Both the position numbers and the translations under genes were made by a program. Below are positions 1 to 13,200 of a stretch of DNA of 64,000 bases, one piece after another. The stretch's first letter is position 1. Each line of letters begins with the position of its first letter. Under the pieces are notes generated by a model. That model did no database searches and was not told the DNA's origin. It was given only the letters and a program-made list of their open reading frames with translations. The stretch is from Antedon mediterranea (taxonomy: Eukaryota; Animalia; Echinodermata), in the NCBI RefSeq assembly GCF_964355755.1, contig NC_092670.1, forward strand, positions 35,142,388 through 35,206,387. Direction: 5' to 3'.

Positions 1-738
1 TTGATGTTACATAATGTCACTTAATTGTTCTGGAAAATATGAACATGCACACCGCTACTGTATATTTTGTAGTAGGCCTTTAATGTAATTAAATTAAATT
101 TAAGCAGGTGATAATGTGACCATGTCCAACCATCATATCCAATTAAGTTTAAATGCTGAAACCGCATACAATGTACACTTGTTGTTTGTGGTCAGTATTA
201 ATAACCAAATATTGATAAATGATTTATGGTTGGTAGTGTTTGTAGATGTAATTCAAGCAACAGATTCCTGTAATCTATCCAAAGTTGTCTAATCATAGCC
301 AAATTCCATGATACAGCATATCTCATGTGTTTCTCATGTGACATCTGTATCATTTCTTTTCATAAACTCTTAATCAAAACTTCCTTGATACAGGCACTTG
401 TGTGATACACATGACCTGCTGTATTATGGAGTTTGCCTATGATACAGGAAAAAATATTGTCATATAGTATGTGGATATACCGCATTTTGAACCATAAAGT
501 TAAACCCAAATGTTGATATCTGATGCAGTCCTCTACTTTGATCGATATCAAAATGATCAACTTTAAAGTTCTTACTTATTTAATTACCTTACTTATTTGA
601 CCTCCATCCACACACATGTTTCTTTTAATCTAATTTATAATTAATCTATGTTTTGTCAGAATGAACAATTAAATTATTTGATGTATGTAGAAAATTTAAT
701 AAACAAACAAACAATAATATTTAAACTTTAGTGATTTT

Positions 739-1172
739 TTAAAGATGTATTGTCCCCCAAAAACATGAAAAATGAAGATTAATTAAATTAGACTTTGAAT
801 ATGTTATTTTGTAGTTTTAATAAAGTTAATCACTTCTATAGAAAAAAAAACGAAAAAAAATAATGTTTTCACTTATAAAATGATGGTTAAACCAAAAATC
901 CATTGGCTGGCAGCAAATTTGACAATTTTTTGCTTTAAATTACATTTTTTTCATGGAAATACATTTTTGTTTCGATCCAATTTTTTATAAAAGTGGATAA
1001 CTATTAATATTATGTTGCAAGAAATTTGACAATTTTTTGCTTTAAATTACATATTTTTCAGGGAAATACATTTTTGTTTCGATCCAATTTTTTATAAAAG
1101 TGGATAACTATTATGTTGCAATAAAATGGCATATTAAAAAAAAAATTGTAAGAATTATTTGTTCATCTTTAA
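739..1172. mobile_element. TTAA-flanked MITE family (Kolobok-like termini TTAAAGATGTATTGTCCCC); copies at 10812-11149, 60438-60721 and fragments near 25000-25170 and 30355-30500
   Basis: Shared termini and body; this copy has an internal duplication of about 106 bp (916-1120). Confidence 0.7.
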
Positions 1173-3779
1173 ACTTTATCAAAATGTTTATTTAAATAAA
1201 ACCGGCGTTCAAATTTGATAGCTTGTGAATTTAATGAATGTTTTTTTTTCCGATGAAGAAAAATAGATATACACTTAAAGTCCCCTACAACATAACCTGA
1301 CGAGGACCACAAGTTATGGCTCAACCAATGATCTGAACCGTCTGTAAAAATCAAAGGCCGACAGCTTTACTTGCAGTGTCGTCGATAAATAAGCCATGTC
1401 AAAATTAAGCCATTCCCAGTGGATGTTCGTTCCATGAGAATTTCCTCTTCCTCTGGATTCACTAGCGACCACTGTCAAACCCCATGTCCAGTTAAAAGCA
1501 ACATTTGACACCGGACTGTCCTTCCTTGCTTTCAGTATGATTGATGTTGTATTCCTCTGATAGAAGATAAATAAATACTTAATTTGATGTTTTGAAATCG
1601 ATATAAATGACTCAATTTTGTTTAAATGTTTGCATAGGAAACACAATTGGGCACTCACCCCTTACTCATCGACATCGGGCTGACCCCTTTTGAACTCCTG
1701 TAGGGAGAGGGTAATTTCTTTAGAGTTGAAAACAATTTCCTTGGTAATGGGGATTACATAAGAAAATAGCAGCTCAACCTACCATTTTTATAATGCGAGC
1801 TGGCAGGTCAAGGCAGCTTTCTTCCCTTGGGAAACGCAACTCCAATCGCTTGCAAGGCCTAGGATTGAAAGTTAGGGGGGCCTAGCTGCCAAATGCTCAG
1901 TGCACTAACTTATGACATGGATGAATGACATTCTATATGATGTGTAAGGGTGCTGTTGATAGAATTGCGGACACAGGTGATTTTAGTGTTGATAGAAACG
2001 GCACAGGCTTTTGGAACAGGTTACCATATATAGATCTTGAAATAAGCATTTCACACACACAGTCATAAAACCACAAACAGTAAAGGTGAAAATTGGATGT
2101 CATTAAGTGTAAATTGATTTAAATTTAATTTAACCAACGACCATGCAGCCAATTATCAACGTGATTAAGATCCCGATTGACAACTTCAATTGTTAATTGT
2201 GGTTTTTAATCGTTTAATTATTTAATTGTTTGCTGATTGGATTGGGTTAATGAATTGTTGTTGATTCAATAGGATCTGATACTTTAATTTATTGATATAC
2301 TATGCTGATACTTGAACTGATCAAGTCCTTATGGAGTTAAGAACTAATTATGGTAAACACATGTGTCCAAAGGAAATTGTTTAGACTGTTTGGTATATAT
2401 GTACTGTACAACATTTTTTTGAATAATAAATATTTTTTTAAATAAATTGTTTTACTCAATATTATGGTTTGACTACATTAAGGTATTAATTTACTGTAGT
2501 AATTACTTAAATGTTTCTTTATAGATTCATAAATATTTAGATTGCACTTGCCCATTTTATTTGAATAATAAATATTGTTAAAAATAAATTGTTTTACTCA
2601 ATATTATGATTTGGCTACATTAAGGTATTACTTTACTGTTTCTTTATTGATTTATCAATGGTTAATTAATTATATGATTATTTTATTTAGAATTGTATTG
2701 ATTGATAATGATATTAATATAGCCTATAAAATAAAAATAGCCTGTATAGTAGTAGAAAAGAGGAACATTCAAAATTTTGACAATTTAAATATATGTTTGA
2801 TAATTGTAGCCTTATTTAGATGGCACTTGCGCAAAATAAACTAAAAAAACCAAAACAAAATACCAAAATCAACATGGTGTGGTCTAGTCTTTAGGGATGG
2901 ATGATAGGCCAACTTTAACAATTAAGAAGTCCCAGTGTATCATATCAAATCATTAGCCAAAAGCTATTCTTAGTTACAATGTGGAACCTTTCTGGTCAAC
3001 CACAGAACCTGCAAGGCTGTATCAGATGTTGTTTAAAACACAATTGATGTAGATCCGCTAACATCTAGTTTTACCCATCATGCAAACAGTTTACCAGGAT
3101 GCTTCTTAATACTCTTGATCTCATTCCGGTTGATCTACTGGGGATATACAGGTTTGTTGACCTGTTGGCTACAGCAGGTGAGTGACCAGTTCGTCTGTCT
3201 AGACATTGATGCAGGTGGTTTGTACCAAAGGAAATGACAGGGTCTTCTTTACTCCATTTTTAGCCCTTTTAGCCGTTTTTCTGTGACTTATTAAAGAAAA
3301 AGTTTCCAGTGTATACCTTTGTCAAGCCTGTAGCCACGGAGGTTCGTAGGGTTCGAAAGAACTCTCCTTTTTCCTGAGGTGCCCTTTTCAAAATAGATAT
3401 TAGCAGTGAAATTTCTAATAAATGTGCTTAACTTTGGCTAATCATACCTAGCCAACAGATAAATTATTTTTATCTACAGTAGGTAGCCCAAAATATCTCA
3501 TCTGAGCTATGGGCGAATATAATAAAATAAACACCTCTACAAAGATTTTTACTCGGGGTACCCGAGTCTAGGACTTATTTTCTCCTCCATCTGGACACTA
3601 TTGAGTGCGATTTATAACTACTCCTCCCTTATTCGTTGTAGTATTGAGCTGGGATTTGGCATGAATACTACAGGGACATGTCCTCAAAGCTATAGAGCCG
3701 GATTTCTTATTTGTTAATTAATTTGTTTAATTAAGAAGCCACAATGTGTGACACACACCAGCGTTTTGTTATTATATTC

Positions 3780-3851
3780 GGCTTCTTGCCGCAGTGGTTA
3801 TCACGTCTGCTTAACACGCAGAAGGTCCCCGGTTCGAGCCCGGGCGAAACC
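3780..3851 (+). tRNA. tRNA-Val(AAC)-like gene, probably a pseudogene, inside a HINE-like element
   Basis: Anticodon arm TCTGC-TTAACAC-GCAGA, T-arm CCCGG-TTCGAGC-CCGGG, T9 terminator directly after; two acceptor-stem mismatches. Confidence 0.75.
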
Positions 3852-4060
3852 TTTTTTTTTAAACTTTATGGTGAAAAGTACTGTATACTCAATATGATAT
3901 ACAGTATATCTTATTTTTATTATTTTTTTAAATACTTATTTTGTGTAATCGGTAATTATCAATTTTACACATGTTTATTTTGCTTTGTGCTTATTACCAT
4001 ATTTATTTGTAATTTAAATGGATTAAAAAACTTTGTGTAACCCACATTTTTGGTGTAAGA

Positions 4061-4111
4061 GGTATCGTAGTGTAGTGGTTATCAAGTCTGCTTAACACGC
4101 AGAAGGTCCCC
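4061..4111 (+). pseudogene. Truncated tRNA-Val(AAC) copy lacking the T-arm and 3' end
   Basis: GGTATCGTAGTGTAGTGGTTATCAAGTCTGCTTAACACGCAGAAGGTCCCC runs directly into the element's 3' subterminal repeat CCCCGAGTAT. Confidence 0.8.
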
Positions 4112-5769
4112 CGAGTATATCTCGTTTTACTACTCGGGGGGTACCTGAGTCTAGGACTCTCTCATCTTTTCCTCTTCTTCTTCCATCCGGACACTATTGA
4201 GTAAAAAGTGCGATTTATAAAGTACTACTCCTCCCTTAAATTATTCGTTGTAGTATTGAGCTGGGATTTGGCATGAATTTACTACATGGACATGTCCTCA
4301 AAGCTATAGAGCCGGATTTTTTAATTTCAAACCGGATGCAGCCATATCACGTCTCAAAGATGGTACCGTATAGCCGTATTTGGTAGCGAGGTTATTTATG
4401 TGTATGTGACGTTACATCCGGTCTTATGACGTATTTACAGCTTCTTTTGCTGTACCCCGAGTATCACACATTCGTGCTTGTTAAAAGATGTACAGTATTA
4501 AATTAACGGATGCTGAGCAAGAACAGTGCGACAGTATTTGTGAATTAAAATAAATTGTGAAAATGATCAAGACGCTTGATTTGTTGATAATAAAAGTAAT
4601 GGTTTATGTAGGCTAAAAAAACTAATTCAAAAGTTTTTTTCTACTTTTCTGATATTGTGTATCTTAACGGATTCAGTATAGCCATTTCATTGCTAATTTC
4701 ACAGTGGAAAATTTGTCTATGATCTTACAGAACTGTGACTCAAACTTGTAAATACTTGGCTCTTGTTTTACCTGTTATGCCACGGCATAATCAATCAATC
4801 AATCAATCGTTATAAGCCTAAATAAAAAAAATAAATAAATTTGTTGAAATTAGATAATCCTAACAGCCACAGGTGGAAACGATAAGATTTTTTAAATTAA
4901 GGAAATTATGAAATGTGTTTGGAGGCCTAGTAAATAATCACCATACTAAACATAATTTGTTTTTACTATAAGCATAGAAACTTAGAGGGCTGCCTAGAAG
5001 AACAAATTCAATGATTAGAAAATAATACTACAATTTTTTTTATTGGTAATAATATTGCGCAGTATAAATACGTTTATACTCGCGGAAGTAGATGTCTATT
5101 GGCTGTGCAGGGCCGAGCTTCAAACTGATTGGTTGATATGCATATGGAGTCATTTTGGAACATTCCATTGGTTGAATGTGTTTTTTAGCTTATTCCAAAG
5201 CTTACAAAGACCACAGTATTGTAACATTCCATGGGTTGAACGCATTTTAGAGCTTTGATTATATTGGAGAGCGCAAGTACCAAAATTAAACTAATCCCGG
5301 ATCACTTAGGCTAGTGGTTTTGTGTAAACACTATGTTGATATTTAAATTTTAAGACTTTAATATTCTGCTTATGTTTCATATCCATACGCTTTACTTTCA
5401 TGAATACCACATGTTAAAAAGTTACAAATACGAGACAATCGTTAATCGCTCTACTTCCCCCGCCTCATTATTTTTCAATAATTTGCTTTGAAAAAGATTA
5501 AAGTTAATTTTATTTGTTTGCTAGAATGTAGTTTTTCCAAAGAAATTGTGTTTTTGAAAACCACATCAAAAGTTCCTTTAAGATATTTACATTGATTTGT
5601 ATGATTAGATTGAATGATCTGAATGTAAACATTTAGATCTTGCTTTTTGAAAAAAAAAAAAATAGGAAGCGGTGACGATGACCTGCTCAAATCCATAATT
5701 GAAAAAGATAAGGGGAAATTCTAGGTCATCCATTCTCCAGTTATGCTACTGTTTAATGCTCTGTGGAGC

Positions 5770-6732
5770 ACCCTATACACACCTATTCAGGATACACCCC
5801 TATACACCCCTATCCAGGATACACCCCTATTCAGGATACACCCCTATACACACCTATTCAGGATACACCCCTATACACCCCTATCCAGGATACACACCTA
5901 TTCAGGATACACCCCTATACACCCCTATTCAGGATACACCCCTATACACCCCTATCCAGGATACACTCATATTCAGGATACGCCCATATTCAGGATACGC
6001 CCATATTCAGGATACGCCCATATTCAGGAGACTCCCATTTCAGGAGACTCCCATTTCAGGATACATCCCTATCCAGGATACACCCCTATCCAGGATACGC
6101 CCATATTCAGGATACGCCCATATTCAGGATACGCCCATATTCAGGATACGCCCATATTCAGGAGACTCCCATTTCAGGATACATCCCTATCCAGGATACA
6201 TCCCTATCCAGGATACGCCCCTATTCAGGATACGCCCCTATTCAGGATACGCCCATATTCAGGATACGCCCATATTCAGGATACGCCCATATTCAGGATA
6301 CGCCCATATTCAGGAGACTCCCATTTCAGGAGACTCCCATTTCAGGATACATCCCTATTCAGGATACATCCCTATTCAGGAAACTCCCATTTCAGGATAC
6401 ACCCCTATTAAGGTTACACCCCTATTATTCAGGATACACCCCTATAAAGGATACATCCTTATTCAGGATATACCCCTATTAAGGTTACAGCCTTATTCAG
6501 GATACACACTTATTCAGGATACAGCCTTATTCAGGATACACACTTCTTCAGGATACAGCCTTATTCAGGATACAGCCTTATTTAGGATACACCTCTATTC
6601 AGGATACATCCCTATTCAGAATACACCTCTATTCAGGATACATCCCTATTCAGAATACACCCTTATTCAGGATACACCTCTATTCAGGATACATCCCTAT
6701 TCAGAATACACCCTTATTCAGGATACACCCCT
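5770..6732. repeat. Minisatellite, 17-bp core CTATTCAGGATACACCC with 13-, 16- and 30-bp variants
   Basis: Direct reading; unit variants occur in blocks. Confidence 0.95.
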
Positions 6733-6786
6733 AATAAACAGAAAGAAACAAAACTGTGGTACTTAATGGTACATTAATCCCTCTGA

Positions 6787-6935
6787 AATGAAGCTAAGGT
6801 ATAGGCCAACTTGGACTTGGTGCATTAAAATCCCCCATAATGAAGCTGCTAAGGTATAGGCCAACTTGGACTTGGTGCATTAAAATCCCCCATAATGAAG
6901 CTGCTAAGGTATAGGCCTACTGGAATTGGGTGCAT
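6787..6935. repeat. About 55-bp tandem triplication next to the minisatellite
   Basis: GCTAAGGTATAGGCC occurs three times, each followed by ...GGTGCAT. Confidence 0.8.
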
Positions 6936-7940
6936 GCAAATCGTCACAGCCAATTAAATGTACTTAAAACATATGTACATACTGACATTTATATTTAAAG
7001 AAAAAAATAAGTCATGTCTTTACAGTTAAAATTTGAATTTAAAACATACCAAAAAGAAAATTAATCCATCTTCTTGTCATGATTAAGACATAATGTTTCC
7101 TATAATGATAAATTTAGTTTCATGATTTTTATGGTAACTTGAGTCATGCGGATTGACAACAATAAATTTGAATGTTATATTATTGTCTCCTCTACCAAAA
7201 TAAACATTACTATAAATCATGTTTTATATTACTTTGTGTATTTAAGTTACATGATCTTTCAATACTATAATAATAATAATATAATAAATACTTTATTTTA
7301 ACACGGAAAAGCTTGTGTCACCATAAAGGTGTGAGCAACTAACATTAATACATTACAAATTTAAAAATAACAAATTTTAAAAATAACAAATTAAAGAACA
7401 AAAATATATGAACAGAAACCTTAATTACATTTATGCTAAGAGTACAAAATAAATAATAAATAATAAATTACACCAATAATTCTTTTTAAGTATTTACATT
7501 TGTAGCATTTATTTGTTTTTATTTATTGTTTGATAGTCTTATAGAAGATTTATTTTAGGAAGTTTTATTTTAGAAAGTTTGTTCAATAATCATCTATAAT
7601 GACGACAAACACAAATAAGTGTATTTTCGAAAATCTGGGAACACCTAATCGCATTTATCCACTTATTAATTTTTTATATTTTGTATATGCTTTTTAATCT
7701 GTATATTTTTACTGTACTGTGTATTTTACTTTGTGTTTTAAACATTTTACTGATTTTATTCTATTTTTATATTAAGTGCCATGAGAAAAACCAATTTCAA
7801 ATCTTTCGTTGAATTATTTGACAATAAAGTAATATCTTGTATGACTAAGTGCTTATGAACTAACAGTGCAGGCCTGTGTTTGTTGTCATAGAAAGAACAT
7901 AAACATTAAACTAAAAAAAATCTCAAAAGCACAACAAAAA

Positions 7941-9141
7941 ATGACATAGCAGAGGATAACTTGGATAAGTTGGAATGCTTGTTTCAGAAGGAATGCTCTA
8001 CATGATATAGCAGAGGATAACTTGGATAAGTTGGAATGCTTGTTTCAGAAGGAATGCTCTACATGATATAGCAGAGGATAACTTGGATAAGTTGGAATGC
8101 TTGTTTCAGAAGGAATGCTCTACATGATATAGCAGAGGATAACTTGGATAAGTTGGAATGCTTGTTTCAGAAGGAATGCTCTACATGATATAGCAGAGGA
8201 TAACTTGGATAAGTTGGAATGCTTGTTTCAGAAGGAATGCTCTACATGATATAGCAGAGGATAACTTGGATAAGTTGGAATGCTTGTTTCAGAAGGAATG
8301 CTCTACATGATATAGCAGAGGATAACTTGGATAAGTTGGAATGCTTGTTTCAGAAGGAATGCTCTACATGATATAGCAGAGGATAACTTGGAATGCTTGT
8401 TTCAGAAGGAATGCTCTACATGATATAGCAGAGGATAACTTGGATAAGTTGGAATGCTTGTTTCAGAAGGAATGCTCTACATGACATAGCAGAGGATAAC
8501 TTGGATAAGTTGGAATGCTTGTTTCAGAAGGAATGCTCTACATGATATAGCAGAGGATAACTTGGATAACTTGGAATGCTTGTTTAAGAAGGAATGCTCT
8601 ACATGATATAGCGGAGGATAACTTGGATGCTTGTTTCAGAAGGAATGCTCTACATGACATAGCAGAGGATAACTTGGATAAGTTGGAATGCTTGTTTCAG
8701 AAGGAATGCTCTACATGACATAGCAGAGGATAACTTGGATAAGTTGGAATGCTTGTTTCAGAAGGAATGCTCTACATGACATAGCGGAGGATAACTTGGA
8801 TAAGTTGGAATGCTTGTTTCAGAAGGAATGCTCTACATGATATAGCAGAGGATAACTTGGAAAAGTTGGAATGCTTGTTTCAGAAGGAATGCTCTACATG
8901 ATATAGCAGAGGATAACTTGGAATGCTTGTTTCAGAAGGAATGCTCTACATGATATAGCAGAGGATAACTTGGATAAGTTGGAATGCTTGTTTCAGAAGG
9001 AATGCTCTACATGACATAGCAGAGGATAACTTGGATAAGTTGGAATGCTTGTTTCAGAAGGAATGCTCTATATGACATAGCAGAGGATAACTTGGATAAG
9101 TTGGAATGCTTGTTTCAGAAGGTATGCTCTACATGATATAG
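7941..9141. repeat. 61-bp tandem repeat, about 20 copies, some with 9-bp deletions
   Basis: CATGATATAGCAGAGGATAACTTGGATAAGTTGGAATGCTTGTTTCAGAAGGAATGCTCTA. Confidence 0.97.
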
Positions 9142-9944
9142 TAAGACAACACAAAACAATTAAATGTTATATAAAAATACAACTTATGAAATTATCTATA
9201 AATTGCACAACAAATTTTAAATATAAAAATATACTGTTCAATTACGATTAAATGCAATTGTCATCATTTAAATATTTTTTTTTGCCTTTAAAAATGTGGA
9301 GGCCAGAGGTAGATCCATCATTAAAGATTAGTGGGAGCTAAATATTTAATAAATGATAAAAATGAGTTGCAGAAAAATAAAAAATAGTCATTATTTTTTT
9401 TTTTTTAAAGACATGGCTGTTAAATCTTAGAGGGGTGGGGAGGGGTGCCAGAAGAGTTCCATCTAGCCTCTGGAAAGCACCAGAAGAAACGTCATCGTCC
9501 AATAAATGTGTTGATAATGTTTTTTTCATATTTGATGGACACGTGTGAAATTGAGATATTGATATTGGTTTTCCATACATGTACATTGTTAATACTACCT
9601 CCAGGTATTACAAATATGAACATTCAACCACATTGGTAATAACAATAGCAGTGAAACATAATGATGCTACCACACTTGTTCCCACTGTTCAAAGATAGAA
9701 AAAAACCTATTAAACCTATTAAGTGGTAATGTGTGATATGATGAAATCATTTATTCCTGTCAAATGTACTGTTACGTTGAGAGGCAATAATGTTTTAACA
9801 CTCCTCCCACCCTATTCAAGGAGCACCTCTATTGGGTCCTGAAGGTGTTCCCATAGAGTTTCCCATCAATTCAAACAATATCTTATTTCATTTTATATTT
9901 ATATTAAGTTTTTCTGTGTTATATAAATCCAAAGGCAAATTACT

Positions 9945-10270
9945 GAAAAAAAATGACAATGCTGTGGGTATCAGTGGCTGGATCTCAATGGAAATACAAA
10001 AAAAAAAAAGCGAAAAGCTAAATCAAAACAATAAAGTAAACAGCCAGAAAAGTTAGCAGAGCTTTCGGGCAACACTAGCCCTTCATCAGTGCAAGTGAGG
10101 GAAATTTGATAAAGTCATAGCATAAGAGTTGGCAAGTGCTGCCTGTGTGGACAGGAATAAAAGAAATATAACAATAGAAACAGTGTGTTGAATGGTGGGT
10201 GGAGACTGAATAAGAGTAGAAAACAAAGAAGGTAGCTTGGTAGAGATATAAACAATTTTGGAATGGAACT
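9945..10270 (-). mobile_element. Penelope-like terminal repeat remnant
   Basis: Contains the hammerhead motif with pyrimidine-rich flanks on the minus strand; boundaries approximate. Confidence 0.5.
10056..10092 (-). ncRNA. Minimal type I hammerhead ribozyme (Penelope-like)
   Basis: GCA CTGATGA A GGGC-TAGTGTT-GCCC GAAA GC TC TGC: intact core, stem II, palindromic AGCT stem III, stem I GCA/TGC. Confidence 0.75.
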
Positions 10271-13200
10271 AAAAAATGCTGTGTTATATATATATACAGT
10301 ATGCAAAAATCTGTAATGTGCCTTACTTTAGCCTATATTTACTTTGTGTCTTATTTGTTTATGTGTTGTCTTGTCATTGTCATGTTTTTATTGTCCTGTC
10401 CGTTTTATATGTAAAAGGTAGCCATAAAACGAGCTTTGCTCTTTGGTTTTTCCCTCTATTTTTGCTTTTTTTTTTAAAACCTTTTATCTCATCATACTAT
10501 CCTTATAATTTGGAAAAAAATTGAATCTTGAATCTATTGTACTTCATTTTATGTAGGTAGTGTTTCAACACTTTAATCCCTCTGATGGGACTTTTGAGGT
10601 GAGTTTTCTTAACATAATTTATGGACCAGTGCACTGTCATTTTCTGATTGTATGTCTTGGTAATTTTGCCAATGGGTGTTTATCTGGGAACACCATGCAT
10701 GAAATCTGCAATAGTGTTAATTTGTGTGCTGATTGCTTTAATGCGGTTTGGTATATACAGACATCATGGAATGCAGAATGTCACATCTCAAAATTTGTTG
10801 CATAAAACTTGAAGATAAACTGTCCCCCAAAAACATGAAAAATTAAGAACACTTAAATCAGACTTTGAATAGATTATTTTGTAGTGTTAATAAAGTTAAA
10901 CACTTAAATTGGGGAAAAAATAATGTTTTCACTCACTTCACTTTCTTTCAGTTAAATTCAACTACAATTCCACGGACTGGCAGCCAATTAGACTATTTGT
11001 TTGCTTTAAATTACTGTTTTTTCAGGTACATCAATTGTTTTTTATCCAATTTTTGGTCAAGGTGGATAACTAAATGTGACATTAAAATGGCATATTCAAC
11101 AACACAAGTTGTAAGAATTAATTTTTTCAGGGGGACAATACATCTTTGATGGTAGTTTTAGCATAAAATGAGCATGTCCATTCCTATATGCGTAAAATGA
11201 TCGAAATAAGAATTTGTAAACCACCCTGGTGTTGCAGAGGGGCTTGGTATCTTTTCAAATATTTTAGAATTTAAAAGAAGATCTTTCTTAATAAAGGCTA
11301 AACCCAGGAGCCCCAGAGCTTGCAGGGGGCCCCAAGAAAGCCTCCAGTATTGGAGGGCCACATAGGGTTTCTAAACCAGGGGGCGTTACTCCACTGCAAT
11401 GACTGCTTTGAAAGCTGACAACCAAGTTGGAAAGTAACATTTAATAAGTTGAGAGTTGAAGGAGAATAGATGAACAGGGTACAAGGTTTAAGCATAATTA
11501 GCAAAGCATTCAGCAACGATAATTTTCTTAGGTTTAAGTCTTATTTCAAAGTGGTATGCAGCGATGTTTACTGTTTTTTGTATGTTTGGTATTATATCAT
11601 AAGCAGGATACTTACAGTTTAAGTACTGCTGGAGTGCTTATGATTATCATCATTGAAATGACTTTAGTTTTTGTAAGTAAACTACACCATATGATATCGA
11701 AGGTCGATGATAACTTGACATTTAGTAATCCTTATTCTTCGTTTTTTTAACATACTTGCCCGTTTCTACTTTCCTGCTGTTTTCAACAGAATTTTGTGGT
11801 CACAACACAATAAAATTCATAGAATTTAATTTGTGAGATTGGTTAGAGAAGAGGTGTTAAGAACTATTTGACGTCATAGTGTATTAATCGCCTTTTAATG
11901 GGACGTAATTCACAACAATCAATGGTGTGTTTACGATGACGGCCTAAGTGAAATCCATGTCTGAGTATGTATTACATCACAGTGGTTTCATCTGTACCAC
12001 GTGTTAAGCTACTTGCACTTTCTAATTCCATCTTAGATCCTTCACTAAGACATCTATCAAGGATAATTTTTCCCAGAATGCTTTTCTAAGCTGTGGATCA
12101 TTTTTTTTACTGTGATTGAAATACGGACATTTATGTGAATTTTTTCCACAGCGTTCCCTAGGACTTTGAAACCGGATTTTACGGATTCTCTGCTGCCTCC
12201 GGTGTTTTATATTGTTTACTTTGCGGCTTCTTTTTGAAGTATGTTAATTATAACAGATCATGTGATCACTTTCCTCAAGTTCAATATCCGAATGAAGAAC
12301 ATGCAGTTTACATTTAAAGTACTCTGGTACGATTGGATAAATATCATAGTAAACCATAAATAAAGTCTTTATGCACCTACTACTAAAACTACTACCACAA
12401 TTTTTTTTTTTTTTTCATTTTTTTTAAGTTGACAAGAATTTAAAGTGATGTAGTATGCATATAGGAAGTGTAAAGGATATTAAGGTGTATTAAAGGAAAT
12501 ACTTAATTCCAACTACATGACCTAATATTGTATCTCCGTGTAACCTTATTCGCTGAATTTCATATTGCTAATACCTGCTCAAGTTGATACATGGCTTAAA
12601 TGTAAAACACTGGTACAAAGCTAGATTTCAAAATAAGACCGGAATGTGTTAAGGTGGCTTAAAGTACTTTGGGAAGGCCTTAAAAGTCTGAAAGCTGCCT
12701 GATTTGGGTCAGGCTAGGCTACCAAGAAATATTTTTAGGCTACTGGTCGGGATTCTTCGTAGACCTATCATTACAGGATTTAACCTGGCCTATATTTTTA
12801 GTGAGGATTCCAATTGAATAGTTTTGTGGGAAGACGTACTGGGTGGTACAGTGTTGGTTATTTCAATTATAACATTTATAATAAAATAATTACAATAAAA
12901 AAATTGAGACAGAGTTTTAAATTAATTGATTAATCCAGGCACGTGGCAACTGGTCTAAGTGGGGTCAGAGTCGGATAATTGCCACTCCAATTCTGTGATC
13001 ACCATATTGGTCGCCTCCTTACTTTGAACACTTAGACCCTTTAGTGATCCCCGGATTCTTAAATCTAATCTGCCAGCTAATTTATTTTATCCCTGGCACA
13101 TTCCATCCAAATCTTTATGCATTTTTTTTTATTGTGAAATCTCATTTATAAATATTAAGTGTTCATACTCTTCATTGTAAAGAAGGCTCTTAGAATATTC

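Larger units (their letters stand above)
3546..4482 (+). mobile_element. Two tandem Helentron-associated (HINE-like) copies: 3546-4119 with tRNA cargo, about 4126-4482 empty
   Basis: 5' T-run plus TACTCGGGGTACCCGAGT palindrome; 3' GTACCCCGAGTA subTIR, short hairpin, then TTGTT; no TSD. Confidence 0.75.

Noticed and set aside
1169-3240. Possible exons near 1314-1700 and 2940-3240 (higher GC, GTGAGT donors)
   Set aside because: No recognisable protein and stops in the frames I checked; may be old TE sequence or a gene I cannot identify
3780-3851. Functional tRNA-Val gene cluster
   Set aside because: Every copy has acceptor or T-arm mismatches or truncation and lies inside a dispersed repeat; treated as element cargo
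5699-6766. 355, 222 and 239 aa ORFs as protein-coding genes
   Set aside because: They are translations of a stop-poor minisatellite; all three frames give the same peptides
7941-9141. CRISPR-like array (also considered for 19163-19620 and 52685-53270)
   Set aside because: No unique spacers, no cas genes, eukaryotic context; these are plain tandem repeats
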